Positions 1-9,250 of a DNA stretch of 32,000 nucleotides are shown in pieces (positions within the stretch are counted from its first letter, which is position 1; every line of letters starts with the position of its first letter). The notes under the pieces were generated by a model. It ran no database searches. It was not told the origin of the DNA and saw only the letters and a program-made list of their open reading frames with translations. A program made the translations under genes and the position numbers. The DNA comes from Verrucomicrobia bacterium UBA3869 (lineage in GTDB: Bacteria; Verrucomicrobiota; Verrucomicrobiia; Opitutales; UBA9783): positions 30,001 to 62,000 of the forward strand of contig DGGR01000041.1 of the NCBI GenBank assembly GCA_002392285.1. Reading direction: 5' to 3'.

Positions 1-1193
1 CGAATGGGATCGGTGTCCGTAATGGTTAAAACGTAAGCAACCAATGAACCGGCAACAGAACCTCGTCCAGGGCCCACCGCGATCCCTTGCGTTTTGGCCC
101 AATGGATAAAATCCCAAACAATCAAAAAATAATCGATAAAGCCTGCTTGCTCAATGATACGCCATTCGTACTTCAGGCGTTCCACCATGTCATGCGCTGA
201 TAGGCCGAATACATCCGGACCCGTTTCGCTTGCAAAATCAATTCCATAGCGATTCTTGAGCCCCTGAATGCACAAACCCACAAACAGCTCTTTGTTGTTC
301 TTATACTGCTTTTGGTAGGCTTCTGATAAGTGCGAAGCGGTAAACACCGGATAATGATTTTCGCCAAACGGCAAAGCAGCCGAACACTGGTCCATAACGA
401 CCAGCGTGTTGGTTAAGACCTCAGGATGGTCTGGAAACGCTAAGGTCATTTCTTCAGCTGATTTTAAATAAAACTGATGAGTTGGCATACGCATACGCTC
501 TTCATCGCTAACCTTCGTACCGGTTTGAATGCACAACAAAGCGTCCTGCGCTTCCCATTCAACATCACGAATATAATGGACATCGTTGGTTGCGATACAT
601 CGTACACCAAGCTCCTTACCAAGCTGAAACAAGGAGGGATTGATCGCATGCTGTTCAGGCATGCCTTGGTTTTGTACTTCGATGAAAAAATGATCTTTGC
701 CAAAAATATCTAAATAAACCCCAAGCGCGTGCTTGGCTTTTTCATACTCTCCGCGCAACAAAAACTGCGGAATCGCGCCATTGATACAGCCAGACGATAC
801 GGTCAAGCCCTCGTGATAACGCGCTAACTGTTCTAAGTCGGTTCGGGGTTTATAGTAAAACCCATGCACATGCGCATCCGAAACCAATTGGGTCAAATGC
901 TTAAGTCCAACTGCATTTTCAGCCCACGCGCACATATGGGCTAGCTTTAATCCCTCAGAACCCTGTTGACGCTGCCGATCCAAACGCGACCCTTCATGCA
1001 ACAGATAGAGTTCGCACCCCAAAATAGGCTTAATACCCGCCGCTTTTGCCGCCTTATAAAATGCAGGTAACCCGAACAAATTCCCATGGTCGGTTAGCGC
1101 AATGGCTGGCATGTTCAATTCAACCGCTCGATTGATCAAACGATTGATCTTACACGCACCATCCAACAAGCTATATTCCGAGTGAACGTGCAA
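1..1193 (-). CDS. dnaE: DNA polymerase III alpha subunit, N-terminal part; the gene continues beyond the window start
   Basis: The minus-strand frame is open from the window edge, which is why it is absent from the ORF track. My translation gives the PHP-domain N-terminus [41 protein letters not shown]. At the window edge it gives [27 protein letters not shown]. The start is uncertain because there is an in-frame TGA at 1212-1214. The first standard in-frame start is TTG at 1191-1193; CTG at 1209-1211 or ATT at 1206-1208 are also possible. Confidence 0.9.
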   Translation of the reverse strand, partial: MHVHSEYSLLDGACKINRLINRAVELNMPAIALTDHGNLFGLPAFYKAAKAAGIKPILGCELYLLHEGSRLDRQRQQGSEGLKLAHMCAWAENAVGLKHLTQLVSDAHVHGFYYKPRTDLEQLARYHEGLTVSSGCINGAIPQFLLRGEYEKAKHALGVYLDIFGKDHFFIEVQNQGMPEQHAINPSLFQLGKELGVRCIATNDVHYIRDVEWEAQDALLCIQTGTKVSDEERMRMPTHQFYLKSAEEMTLAFPDHPEVLTNTLVVMDQCSAALPFGENHYPVFTASHLSEAYQKQYKNNKELFVGLCIQGLKNRYGIDFASETGPDVFGLSAHDMVERLKYEWRIIEQAGFIDYFLIVWDFIHWAKTQGIAVGPGRGSVAGSLVAYVLTITDTDPI

Positions 1194-1291
1194 ATGGACG
1201 AAGGAATCAGTCACAAAAAAAGTGTGTCAAATCTCTATCAATCACTCCAGCTAAAAAACAATTCGGGGTTCCTCAAAAATTCCTTAGGCAA

Positions 1292-1657
1292 TTAGCTGAT
1301 CACCGCCATTGCTAACGCGTATGTTTTGCAATGGGACAAGGAAATATGCACCTGGGTAGCCCCACACCGCTTCAAAAGCGCTTGCCCCCGCTCGTCCAAA
1401 CGTACATAGGGCATTCCATTGGGCTGATGTAACACCTCAATCGATAACCACCCCAGCTGTTGACAAAAACCTGTTGTTAAAGCCTTAGCCACCGCTTCCT
1501 TGGCTGCAAAACAAGCCGCAAATGAAGCACACGTGGGTTTGCCATAACAGTAATTCCATTCGCTTGGCGTAAATATAAAACGGCATAATGATTTATCGTA
1601 CCGCTCCAATAACCGTTGTACGCGGCTAATTTCAACGATATCCGTTCCTATATACAT
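1292..1657 (-). CDS. acpS: holo-[acyl-carrier-protein] synthase (4'-phosphopantetheinyl transferase)
   Basis: MYIGTDIVEISRV...FAAKEAVAKAL...ISLSH is the typical AcpS layout and length. I prefer the ATG at 1657. The track ORF begins at a TTG at 1666, which would overlap the prfB stop. Confidence 0.85.
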   Translation of the reverse strand: MYIGTDIVEISRVQRLLERYDKSLCRFIFTPSEWNYCYGKPTCASFAACFAAKEAVAKALTTGFCQQLGWLSIEVLHQPNGMPYVRLDERGQALLKRCGATQVHISLSHCKTYALAMAVIS

Positions 1658-1662
1658 AGCGT

Positions 1663-2802
1663 TCAATTTTGAATGCGGGTTCTAGGCTTTCCGGCACGCA
1701 ACCAAGCTTCAATAAACCGATCGATATCCCCATCCATCACGGCTTGCACATTACTCGTTTCTACATTGGTACGCAGATCCTTAACCATCTGATACGGCTG
1801 AAATACATAGCTTCGGATTTGATACCCCCAACCAATTTCACCTTTTTCCCCATAAAAACGCTCTAACGATGAACGTTTTTCATCCTGCATCCGTTCATAC
1901 AAACGGGCTTTAAGAACCGCCATCGCTGCTTCACGGTTTTTAATCTGCGAGCGTTCGTTTTGGCAGGTAACCACAATACCGGTTGGGAAATGCGTAATGC
2001 GCACTGCCGATTCTGTTTTATTAACATGCTGTCCACCCGCGCCGCTCGAACGATAGACATCAATCCGTATATCCTTATCCACAATCGGGACCTCAATATC
2101 CTCTTTAAGTTCTGCCACCACATCCACCGCACAAAACGACGTATGGCGTTTACGGTTGGCATCAAATGGGCTAATGCGCACCAGACGATGTACCCCTCGC
2201 TCGGCTTTTAAATTGCCGTAGGCATATAAACCTTCAACCCGAAAGGTTACGCTGCTAATACCTGCCTCATCACCGTTTTGCATTGCTTGCAGGGTTAAGG
2301 TAAAACCTTTGCGCTCCACCCAACGGGTATACATCCGCAACACCATTTGTGCCCAATCGCATGCCTCGGTACCTCCTGCACCCGCGTGAATGGTTACAAT
2401 CGCATTATTGGCATCCATGGGGTCGGATAAGAATGCCTGAAGCTCCATGCTATCCAAAAGTTTTTGGGTGGTTTCAATCGTTTGATTCAATTCCGTCAAC
2501 CACGTGTTGATTTCGTCATCCGATAAGGGCTCCTTGCACAACGTTAAAATTTCCTGAGCGTTGCCCACCAACTGATACGCTTGATCCAATTGCGCCAACG
2601 CACGCGTTAAATCTTTGCTTTCGCGCTGTAGGGATTGAGCAAGCTCCAAATTACCTTCTTGCCATAAGCGATCGTCCGTCAATTGTTTTTGGATCGCCTG
2701 CAAGCGCTCCTTCTTCTCTTTGTGCTTCAAAAAGCTGGCGATTTGCTCCAAGCGATGCGCAAGCGTTTCAACGGCATTGACTGTAGTAATATCCACCGTC
2801 AT
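1663..2802 (-). CDS. prfB: peptide chain release factor 2, encoded as one uninterrupted ORF
   Basis: The SPF tripeptide (RISPFDANRKRHTSF) and the GGQ motif (YRSSGAGGQHVNKTESAVRITH) are both present. The region aligning to the usual frameshift site reads SFLKHKEKKERL with no in-frame stop. Confidence 0.95.
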   Translation of the reverse strand: MTVDITTVNAVETLAHRLEQIASFLKHKEKKERLQAIQKQLTDDRLWQEGNLELAQSLQRESKDLTRALAQLDQAYQLVGNAQEILTLCKEPLSDDEINTWLTELNQTIETTQKLLDSMELQAFLSDPMDANNAIVTIHAGAGGTEACDWAQMVLRMYTRWVERKGFTLTLQAMQNGDEAGISSVTFRVEGLYAYGNLKAERGVHRLVRISPFDANRKRHTSFCAVDVVAELKEDIEVPIVDKDIRIDVYRSSGAGGQHVNKTESAVRITHFPTGIVVTCQNERSQIKNREAAMAVLKARLYERMQDEKRSSLERFYGEKGEIGWGYQIRSYVFQPYQMVKDLRTNVETSNVQAVMDGDIDRFIEAWLRAGKPRTRIQN

Positions 2803-2840
2803 ACGTAGGTACCCTAACGTTTTACTTGCATAAACGCAAG

Positions 2841-3335
2841 TTATGAACCCTCATCCAGCAAAATCGTACTGACCAATCCGGTTGCTCCTGTTTTATGGTA
2901 AGCCTCCTTAGATGCCTTAATAAACCCATCCGATTCAGGTACCGGAATGGCTTTAACCCGCCGGCAATGATAGGGGTACATGGGGTTATCTTCGCACCCT
3001 AATTCAGGCTTGGGAGCATCCGGTAACACGCTCATCAATAAATCATCCATATGGCGCTCAGCTTTCCACAAGCGCCGTTCAAAATACCGCACGAGCAACG
3101 GCTTACCTTGGAAAGGCGTCTGCGAATAACAGGAAAAGTTATAATCCGTATGGATATAATCGGCGCGGTCATCGCTAATCGCAGCGGTACCTGCATCCAT
3201 AGCGGTTAACGATAAGAACGACTGTCGGGATTCAGGAAACAACAACAGGGGACGATCTGCCTTAAAGGGCAAATCGAACCAACACCGCAGGGCACAAAAC
3301 CCTACCACTAAACAAAAACCCACTGCTACTCGCAT
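2841..3335 (-). CDS. hypothetical membrane-anchored or secreted protein, 164 aa
   Basis: The N-terminus is hydrophobic (MRVAVGFCLVVGFCALRCWF) and is followed by a soluble part containing several Cys. Its ATG at 3335 overlaps the exbD-like stop (3326-3328) by 10 nt, suggesting translational coupling. I recognise no family. Confidence 0.55.
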   Translation of the reverse strand: MRVAVGFCLVVGFCALRCWFDLPFKADRPLLLFPESRQSFLSLTAMDAGTAAISDDRADYIHTDYNFSCYSQTPFQGKPLLVRYFERRLWKAERHMDDLLMSVLPDAPKPELGCEDNPMYPYHCRRVKAIPVPESDGFIKASKEAYHKTGATGLVSTILLDEGS

Positions 3336-3775
3336 GATGCATTAACCGCTAACTGAACCGATGTCCATCCGTGGGTTTTAGCAAAGGATGTTAGCTCCAA
3401 CACCTTGCTCAGCGGCACCTGCCCATCCGCTTTCAACAACAGCGTCCCATCGCTTTCCGGAATCGCGCGAAACACTTGTTCCAATTGCGTAAAATCATAC
3501 AGACGATGATTAAAGAAGATACGCAGATCTGCATCGATCGTAATGCTTTCGCGAAATGGCCGTGCATATTGGTAACTCATGGATTGCGCTACTGCCGGAA
3601 CAGCCACGGGAAATCCGGGAGGACAGAGCCAATGCGAGCTCAACAACACAAGCCCTAAGGCCAATGTTAGCACATTAACATACGGAATCCATTGCCAACC
3701 CCGCGCATTGATGGTTTCAGCACGCTCCCAATGGGCCACCAACTCAAGCGGTTCCAACGTACTAATGCTTTTCAT
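3326..3775 (-). CDS. ExbD/TolR-family biopolymer transport protein, atypical
   Basis: There is a single N-terminal TM (WIPYVNVLTLALGLVLL) followed by a periplasmic domain ending LLLKADGQVPLSKVLELTSFAKTHGWTSVQLAV, as in ExbD/TolR. The P-x-x-D-V TM motif reads P-Y-V-N-V. It has an ATGA overlap with the upstream exbB-like gene. Confidence 0.7.
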   Translation of the reverse strand: MKSISTLEPLELVAHWERAETINARGWQWIPYVNVLTLALGLVLLSSHWLCPPGFPVAVPAVAQSMSYQYARPFRESITIDADLRIFFNHRLYDFTQLEQVFRAIPESDGTLLLKADGQVPLSKVLELTSFAKTHGWTSVQLAVNASCE

Positions 3776-4431
3776 GACTCCTTAACGTTCGGATTCAATG
3801 GCTCGCTGGGGTTATCAAAACGCAACGGGGTTTGTTGAAAAAACACCACCCATTCGTTCGCTACCCATTCCAAATCAAACACCACTCTTCGTGCACGCGA
3901 ATTTAAAAAATAATAACCTACTGCCAACAGCAGCATTTCAATAAGTCCCAAAAACGTAACTGAGCAGGCGGATACAATGTAAGGCGAAAATGTGGTTAAT
4001 TGCGTATACGCTTGAACGCTGCCCATCATCCAAAACCCCTTAAGGAGAAAAAAAACCGTACCGATTAATCCAATCATTGGAGCAATAGCGCTCAACAGTC
4101 GCACAGATTCAATCCGCTTGCGCAAAAGCGGCAGTTCAACCAAAGCACTTTGTTGCAAAATCAAGCGCAATACCATCGCAGGTTGTTGGTGATTTAACAG
4201 CGCCCCTTTGGTTAGCCGCGCCACAGCCCCTTGGGTATGTTCGCACAGGGTTAGCGCTTCCATAAAACGCCCCTTAATCAGCAGCCCTTTAATGCCATCC
4301 ACAAAGCCTCTTGAGGATAAAGCGGTTTTGTTAAGGAAGCTTAAACGCTCTACAAAAAACAAAGCCCCTAACAACCCAATAATACCCAATGGGCATAAAA
4401 ACCAACCGATTGTTTTACAGATTTCAACCAT
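3772..4431 (-). CDS. MotA/TolQ/ExbB-family proton-channel protein
   Basis: It has three predicted TMs. The family motif IAPMIGLIGTVFFLLKGF is present, and the last TM is TFLGLIEMLLLAVGYYFLNSR. Confidence 0.8.
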   Translation of the reverse strand: MVEICKTIGWFLCPLGIIGLLGALFFVERLSFLNKTALSSRGFVDGIKGLLIKGRFMEALTLCEHTQGAVARLTKGALLNHQQPAMVLRLILQQSALVELPLLRKRIESVRLLSAIAPMIGLIGTVFFLLKGFWMMGSVQAYTQLTTFSPYIVSACSVTFLGLIEMLLLAVGYYFLNSRARRVVFDLEWVANEWVVFFQQTPLRFDNPSEPLNPNVKES

Positions 4432-4434
4432 GCA

Positions 4435-5475
4435 CTAGTTGGCAGCAGGTTTTTCACTCGGAATATATTGCGCTTTCCCGAACAATTTATCAGCCCAATT
4501 GGTTGGAATCGGCTTCCCATCACGAATGAACTGAATACGTTCTTGTGCTAATTCGGTACTATCCGAAGCCGGAGTAAACCGTCTGGCTTCTTCGTAGAAA
4601 ATCATCGCTCCATCAGGATAATGGCGGCGGAACAAGAAGAAATCACCCATGACTACGCGGCTACCTGTATGGTAATTATAGGCTGTTTTTAAGCCATTTT
4701 TAGCGCGCTCCGTTAAGTCAGCTAAATCGCTACGGTTACCAAATAATACCAAGAAATCCTTATAAGCGTTGATGGCTTTTCGGGTCATTCCCTGATCCTG
4801 CGCGGGACCATTAACAAACGCTAAATACAAATCGCCTTGAAACACATAGGCTTTCGGGGCCCATGGGCTTTCGGGATAACGATCAATCAACTGATCCAAC
4901 GCCTGAATAGCCTTTGCTTTTTCATTATCGATTTGGTGCATTTCTGCAATGTAATAAAGGGCTTTTGGTGCTTTTTCGGTACGTGGAGCCCGTTCAATGA
5001 TATGATTGAAGCTTTCAATAACCTTTTTGGGATCTTGGAAAAAGGCTGTAAAGCGCGAAGAAGTACGTTTCTTGGTTTTATACTCATCGCATAGCTGACA
5101 CGCTACCTCAAACTCATCATCCATAACCTCCCCATAACGGTCATACGCAGGAAAATTTTTGGTTACAAATTTGAATTTATTAAAAGCCTCTTGTTTTCGA
5201 TCCATACGCAACAGCAATTTCCCCCATGAATAATGGGCTTCTGCTGCTGCCTCTGTCCCTAAATACGATTTGGCAATGGTCTTGTAAATTTTTTCAGCAC
5301 CTTTGTCGTTGCCCGCTTTCTCTAACTGCAATGCCTGCTCTAATAAATCTTGTGCTTCTGCTTCCTGTTGATCGTTGTAGGCTACAATTTGCTGCGGGGG
5401 TATATCGTTTTTAACGGTTTTACATCCGCCTAAAACCAACAATGCAATTGGGATGAAATACAATCCTTTGCTCAT
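4435..5475 (-). CDS. TPR-like outer-membrane lipoprotein, BamD/YfiO-like (CpoB/YbgF-like not excluded)
   Basis: I prefer the start MSKGLYFIPIALLVLGGC, which has a lipobox (LGGC). TPR-like repeats with a DRYPESPWAPKAY-type motif follow. The track ORF extends to 5634, but that extension overlaps fabH and looks non-coding. Confidence 0.55.
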   Translation of the reverse strand: MSKGLYFIPIALLVLGGCKTVKNDIPPQQIVAYNDQQEAEAQDLLEQALQLEKAGNDKGAEKIYKTIAKSYLGTEAAAEAHYSWGKLLLRMDRKQEAFNKFKFVTKNFPAYDRYGEVMDDEFEVACQLCDEYKTKKRTSSRFTAFFQDPKKVIESFNHIIERAPRTEKAPKALYYIAEMHQIDNEKAKAIQALDQLIDRYPESPWAPKAYVFQGDLYLAFVNGPAQDQGMTRKAINAYKDFLVLFGNRSDLADLTERAKNGLKTAYNYHTGSRVVMGDFFLFRRHYPDGAMIFYEEARRFTPASDSTELAQERIQFIRDGKPIPTNWADKLFGKAQYIPSEKPAAN

Positions 5476-5477
5476 AG

Positions 5478-6461
5478 TTAGTACTGTATTAAACTTGCGC
5501 CCCAAGTCAACCCTCCTCCAAAAGCAACCAATAAAATGCGTTCGCCTGGGTGAAAACGTCCTGCCGCTTCTGCTTGTGCCAACGCCACTGGGATGGAAGC
5601 CGCCGAGGTATTGCCGGTTTGATCGATGTTGCAAATCATCCGATCCATCGGGAATCCCAATTCATCCGCCAACGCTTGAATAATGCGTAAATTGGCCTGA
5701 TGGGGCACTATCCATTGTATATCCGCTATCGTTAACTTCTGGCGTTCTAACACCCCCCGCACGGCTTCCATCATTCGACGAACCGCTACCTTAAAGACTT
5801 CGCGTCCATTCATAGACACAAAATGCAAATGATTAGCCACGGTTGTTGCGGTAGCCGGTTGTAAAGAACCGCCTGCGGGTATGCACAACCAATCGGGATT
5901 GGAGCCATCAGCTCCCAAAAATCCATCTACCACACAGTGCGCATTCGTATCCGATTGACCCAATACGCAGGCACCAGCCCCATCTCCAAACAACACACAG
6001 GTATTACGATCCTTCCAATTAACAATGGCGGATAGTTTGTCGCTTCCAATCACCAAGGCGTAGCGATACACCCCGTTGGTTAAAAAATGGCGTGCAACAT
6101 CCAATGCATAGACAAAACCAGAACAGGCGGCGTTGATATCAAAAGCCATAATCGTACGTAATCCCAATTTCGCCTGCAATATAGCTGCAGTGGATGGGAA
6201 TTGCATATCCGACGTAACCGTTGCAACAATCAACAAATCAATCGCTTCTGGTGCAATGTTAGCATTAGTTAACGCTTGCTTAGCGGCCTGTAATGCTAAA
6301 TCGGAACATGCTTCATTGTTAGCCGCAATGTGGCGTTGAACAATACCAGTACGGGTACGAATCCATTCGTCTGAAGTATCAACACACTTTGACAAATCAT
6401 CGTTGGTTACCACCTTTTTCGGTAGATAGTAACCCATCCCCATGATACGAACAAACGTCAT
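5478..6461 (-). CDS. fabH: 3-oxoacyl-ACP synthase III
   Basis: GMGYYLPKKVVTNDDLSKCVDTSDEWIRTRTGI, the active-site region NAACSGFVYAL, and VPHQAN...GNTSAASIP are all present. It sits in the rpmF-plsX-fabH context. Confidence 0.95.
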   Translation of the reverse strand: MTFVRIMGMGYYLPKKVVTNDDLSKCVDTSDEWIRTRTGIVQRHIAANNEACSDLALQAAKQALTNANIAPEAIDLLIVATVTSDMQFPSTAAILQAKLGLRTIMAFDINAACSGFVYALDVARHFLTNGVYRYALVIGSDKLSAIVNWKDRNTCVLFGDGAGACVLGQSDTNAHCVVDGFLGADGSNPDWLCIPAGGSLQPATATTVANHLHFVSMNGREVFKVAVRRMMEAVRGVLERQKLTIADIQWIVPHQANLRIIQALADELGFPMDRMICNIDQTGNTSAASIPVALAQAEAAGRFHPGERILLVAFGGGLTWGASLIQY

Positions 6462-7540
6462 TATGACCGTACTCCTTCACTTGCTAACAATACCGCATTA
6501 GCATAAGCCACATCCGACTTAACCGTTTGCACATTAAACACTTCAATGCACTTAAGGCATACTTGAATGCAACCCGCAATCGCTTCTGCTTTACTTGAAC
6601 CGTGCGCTTTAAACACCCAGCCATTGAGGCCCAATAAGGGAGCACCGCTGAACTGTTCTGGAGCCAATTTCCGTTTCATCTCCTTAAACACCCCCTTACA
6701 TAATAACGCACCCAATTTACGGATCGGATACCGTTGAAATTCCCGCTTCAAAAAGCCCCTTAAGCATCCAAATAACGACTCGCAGCTTTTGAGCAAAATA
6801 TTGCCGACAAAACCGTCACAAACCACCACATCCACCCCGTTTGAAAACAGGTCAAATCCTTCTACCAACCCGATGTAATGGATACGGTCGGTGCACTGTT
6901 TCAGAACCGCATGAGCCGCTTGAATGGAGGTGGTTCCTTTACCTTCTTCCTTTCCAATAGTTAACAGTCCTACTCGAGGTTTTTCGCAATGTAAAACGGC
7001 TTTTGCAAAGTGTGCCCCCAAAATGGCATTATGTACTAAATAATGCGCATCGTTAGCTGGGTTTGCTCCTACATCTACTAAGATAAAAGGATCGGTGCTG
7101 GTAGGAATAATACTCGCTAAGGCAGGGCGTATCACACCCTCGATGGTTTTGAGCTTCAATGTACTTCCGGCCATTAACCCACCGGTGTTGCCGCAGCTAA
7201 TCACAGCATCTGCTTTCCCCTGCGTTATCAAATCAATCGTTTTAAAAACCGATGCTTCTTTTTTATGGCGCAATCCGTCCAATGGATGATCGTCCATCTT
7301 CAACACTTCAGGGGTGTGGCATAGCGTAATATTTTTGGCACGATCCAACCCATTTTGTTGCATCAATGGCTGAACAATGGCTTCATCCCCAACCAACGTA
7401 AGCGACCCAATACGATGCCCTACGGATGCTAAGGCTAGGCTTACCCCCTTAATCAGTTGTTCTGGGCCATAATCCGAACCCATAACATCCACCCCAATGC
7501 GCGGCAATGCCAGCGTGGGGCACTGTGAATCATTAGACAT
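6461..7540 (-). CDS. plsX: phosphate acyltransferase
   Basis: RIGVDVMGSDYGPEQLIKG...GNTGGLMA...GFVGNILLK are PlsX motifs. I prefer the ATG at 7540, 8 nt after the rpmF stop. The longer track ORF would overlap rpmF. The stop overlaps the fabH ATG (TAATG). Confidence 0.9.
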   Translation of the reverse strand: MSNDSQCPTLALPRIGVDVMGSDYGPEQLIKGVSLALASVGHRIGSLTLVGDEAIVQPLMQQNGLDRAKNITLCHTPEVLKMDDHPLDGLRHKKEASVFKTIDLITQGKADAVISCGNTGGLMAGSTLKLKTIEGVIRPALASIIPTSTDPFILVDVGANPANDAHYLVHNAILGAHFAKAVLHCEKPRVGLLTIGKEEGKGTTSIQAAHAVLKQCTDRIHYIGLVEGFDLFSNGVDVVVCDGFVGNILLKSCESLFGCLRGFLKREFQRYPIRKLGALLCKGVFKEMKRKLAPEQFSGAPLLGLNGWVFKAHGSSKAEAIAGCIQVCLKCIEVFNVQTVKSDVAYANAVLLASEGVRS

Positions 7541-7548
7541 GCAGCGGA

Positions 7549-7749
7549 TTACAAAGTAACATCCAACACCTGACGTCCACGGTACATGCCGGTGTCCGGA
7601 TTGACATGATGACTTTTTACCCAAGAACCATCCGTTGGATCTTGAACCAGATTGGGCTGCGAATACCCTAATCGCCGCGCTGTAGAACTATTAGCTCCAC
7701 GTCGTAAAGCGCTACGTCTTTTGGATTGTTTTCTTTTTGGCTGTCCCAT
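7549..7749 (-). CDS. rpmF: 50S ribosomal protein L32
   Basis: The N-terminus MGQPKRKQSKRRSALRR is characteristic of L32. The gene has the conserved position upstream of plsX. Confidence 0.9.
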   Translation of the reverse strand: MGQPKRKQSKRRSALRRGANSSTARRLGYSQPNLVQDPTDGSWVKSHHVNPDTGMYRGRQVLDVTL

Positions 7750-7830
7750 AGTAAATACTGTTTATCAATTTTTTATAAAGCAAACATTCCTAACGATTGA
7801 TGTCAATGACGAACCTTATCAACCATCCCA

Positions 7831-9192
7831 CTACGCTTGTTGCGTCTTCGCGTATCGCCGCTTTTGGATCCAAATAGACAGTGCTAACCCAATAGCCATT
7901 AACGGAGGATAAAATTCGCAGCGCATAATATCCACTGCGCTTAAATGGGCTGTCGTAGATAAACTGGTAGCAATCAACACTTGCGCGCCATAAGGAATCA
8001 TGCCCTGAACTACGCACGATGTAATGTCCATCAAACTAGCAATACGCTTTGGATCTACCTTGTAACATAACCCCAGTTCTTTTGCCAAAGGCCCTGCAGT
8101 AAGAATCGCAATCGTATTGTTGGCTGTGAATAAATTGATAATACCGGTCAGGCAACAAATCCCCAATTCGCAGGTATATCGATTGTTAATCAACCGACCG
8201 GCTGCCTGAATTAAATACGCAATGCCTCCGTTATACCGAATCAGCACCATCAAACCGCCGGACAATAAGGCAACAATCAAGGTTGGGGCCATTTCCACAG
8301 TACCATTGCCAATAATGCTAAATGCATCAAAAATATTAAAGCTCTGATACCAAAGCCCAATGCCTATATTGAGGGCGATACCAAACAACAACAACAACAA
8401 GACATTAACGCCCGCAACCCCTAGGATTAACAAGAGGACATAAGGCATTACCTTAATCCCATCGGTAAGCGTCACAGCAACCCCATCAGACGCTACCCTT
8501 GGCGCAGCAAATAGGGGTAACGCATACAACAGGATGCAAAGCAAGGCTGGCACCCAAACAATTTTGATATTACACAGCATCTTATCGCGCATTTCGACCC
8601 CTTGGGAGCGGGTGGCAGCAATCGTGGTATCCGATACCAACGATAAATTGTCGCCAAACATAGAACCTCCAACAATAGCACCGGTAATAACAGCTGGATT
8701 TAACCCCAAGGTGGTCGCCAACGAAATTCCTATAGGGACCAAGGTTGCAATGGTTCCGCATGAGGTTCCCATGGCCAAAGCGATAAAGCAGGCCACCATA
8801 AACATTCCGGGGAGCAAAAAGGCATCCGGAACCAACGCGCGTGCAATCGTTACTGATGCATCGACCCCGCCGACCGCCTTAGCAATTTCCGTAAATGCTC
8901 CAGCTAGGATAAAGATGAGGCACATGATCATGATGTCTTGATGCCCCATGCCTAACGCAAACAGTTCAATTTTCCGTTGCAGCTTTTCTTTGCGGTTCAA
9001 CATCAATGCGGTTGCAGACGAAATTAAAAACGCAATGGTCATGGGCACCTTGTAAAAATCGCGTGTTATCAATGCAAAACCGAAATAAAAGGCAACAAAT
9101 ACACCAAACGGCAACAAAGCCTTACGGCGTGGAGGGCACCAAGGGTCCAACAATGCATCTAACCGAGGATCTTTACGGTTTGATAAGTTCAT
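7831..9192 (-). CDS. Na+/H+ antiporter, NhaC family
   Basis: It is a polytopic membrane protein with NhaC-like segments (IFILAGAFTEIAKAVGG, GSMFGDNLSLVSDTTIAATRSQG). I prefer the ATG at 9192 (MNLSNRK). The track ORF starts at a TTG at 9231. Confidence 0.75.
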   Translation of the reverse strand: MNLSNRKDPRLDALLDPWCPPRRKALLPFGVFVAFYFGFALITRDFYKVPMTIAFLISSATALMLNRKEKLQRKIELFALGMGHQDIMIMCLIFILAGAFTEIAKAVGGVDASVTIARALVPDAFLLPGMFMVACFIALAMGTSCGTIATLVPIGISLATTLGLNPAVITGAIVGGSMFGDNLSLVSDTTIAATRSQGVEMRDKMLCNIKIVWVPALLCILLYALPLFAAPRVASDGVAVTLTDGIKVMPYVLLLILGVAGVNVLLLLLFGIALNIGIGLWYQSFNIFDAFSIIGNGTVEMAPTLIVALLSGGLMVLIRYNGGIAYLIQAAGRLINNRYTCELGICCLTGIINLFTANNTIAILTAGPLAKELGLCYKVDPKRIASLMDITSCVVQGMIPYGAQVLIATSLSTTAHLSAVDIMRCEFYPPLMAIGLALSIWIQKRRYAKTQQA

Positions 9193-9250
9193 ACTATAGG
9201 ATAATGAAGGCGTATAGCCGTTAAACGTCAACCTTGTTAGCCATGAGGGG

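Noticed and set aside
2695-2765. Programmed +1 frameshift site in prfB
   Set aside because: The region aligning to the usual CUU-UGA site reads AGC TTT TTG AAG CAC (SFLKH) with no in-frame stop. RF2 is encoded by a single continuous ORF, as in a minority of bacteria.
2824-2841. A hairpin ACTTGC-N6-GCAAGT between the 164-aa ORF and prfB, considered as a terminator
   Set aside because: The stem is only 6 bp, it overlaps the stop codon, and no U-tract follows on the transcribed (minus) strand. The genes are more likely co-transcribed.
5476-5634. Long N-terminal extensions of track ORFs: the TPR lipoprotein to 5634, plsX to 7624, the batE-like gene to 20826, and the folE fusion from 13641
   Set aside because: The extensions overlap the 3' end of the upstream gene or AT-rich intergenic DNA, and they encode Arg/Cys-rich or Ile/Lys-rich junk. 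Internal ATGs give proper signal peptides or conserved N-termini and tight coupling to the neighbouring genes.
8534-8941. A 135-aa plus-strand ORF inside the nhaC-family gene, and similar internal or antisense ORFs elsewhere (for example 1863-2165, 11355-11636, 12806-13018, 14085-14360, 16653-16925, 24200-24481, 30746-31039)
   Set aside because: Each lies fully within a confidently identified gene on the other strand or in another frame. None has a recognisable motif, and their composition looks like shadow ORFs.
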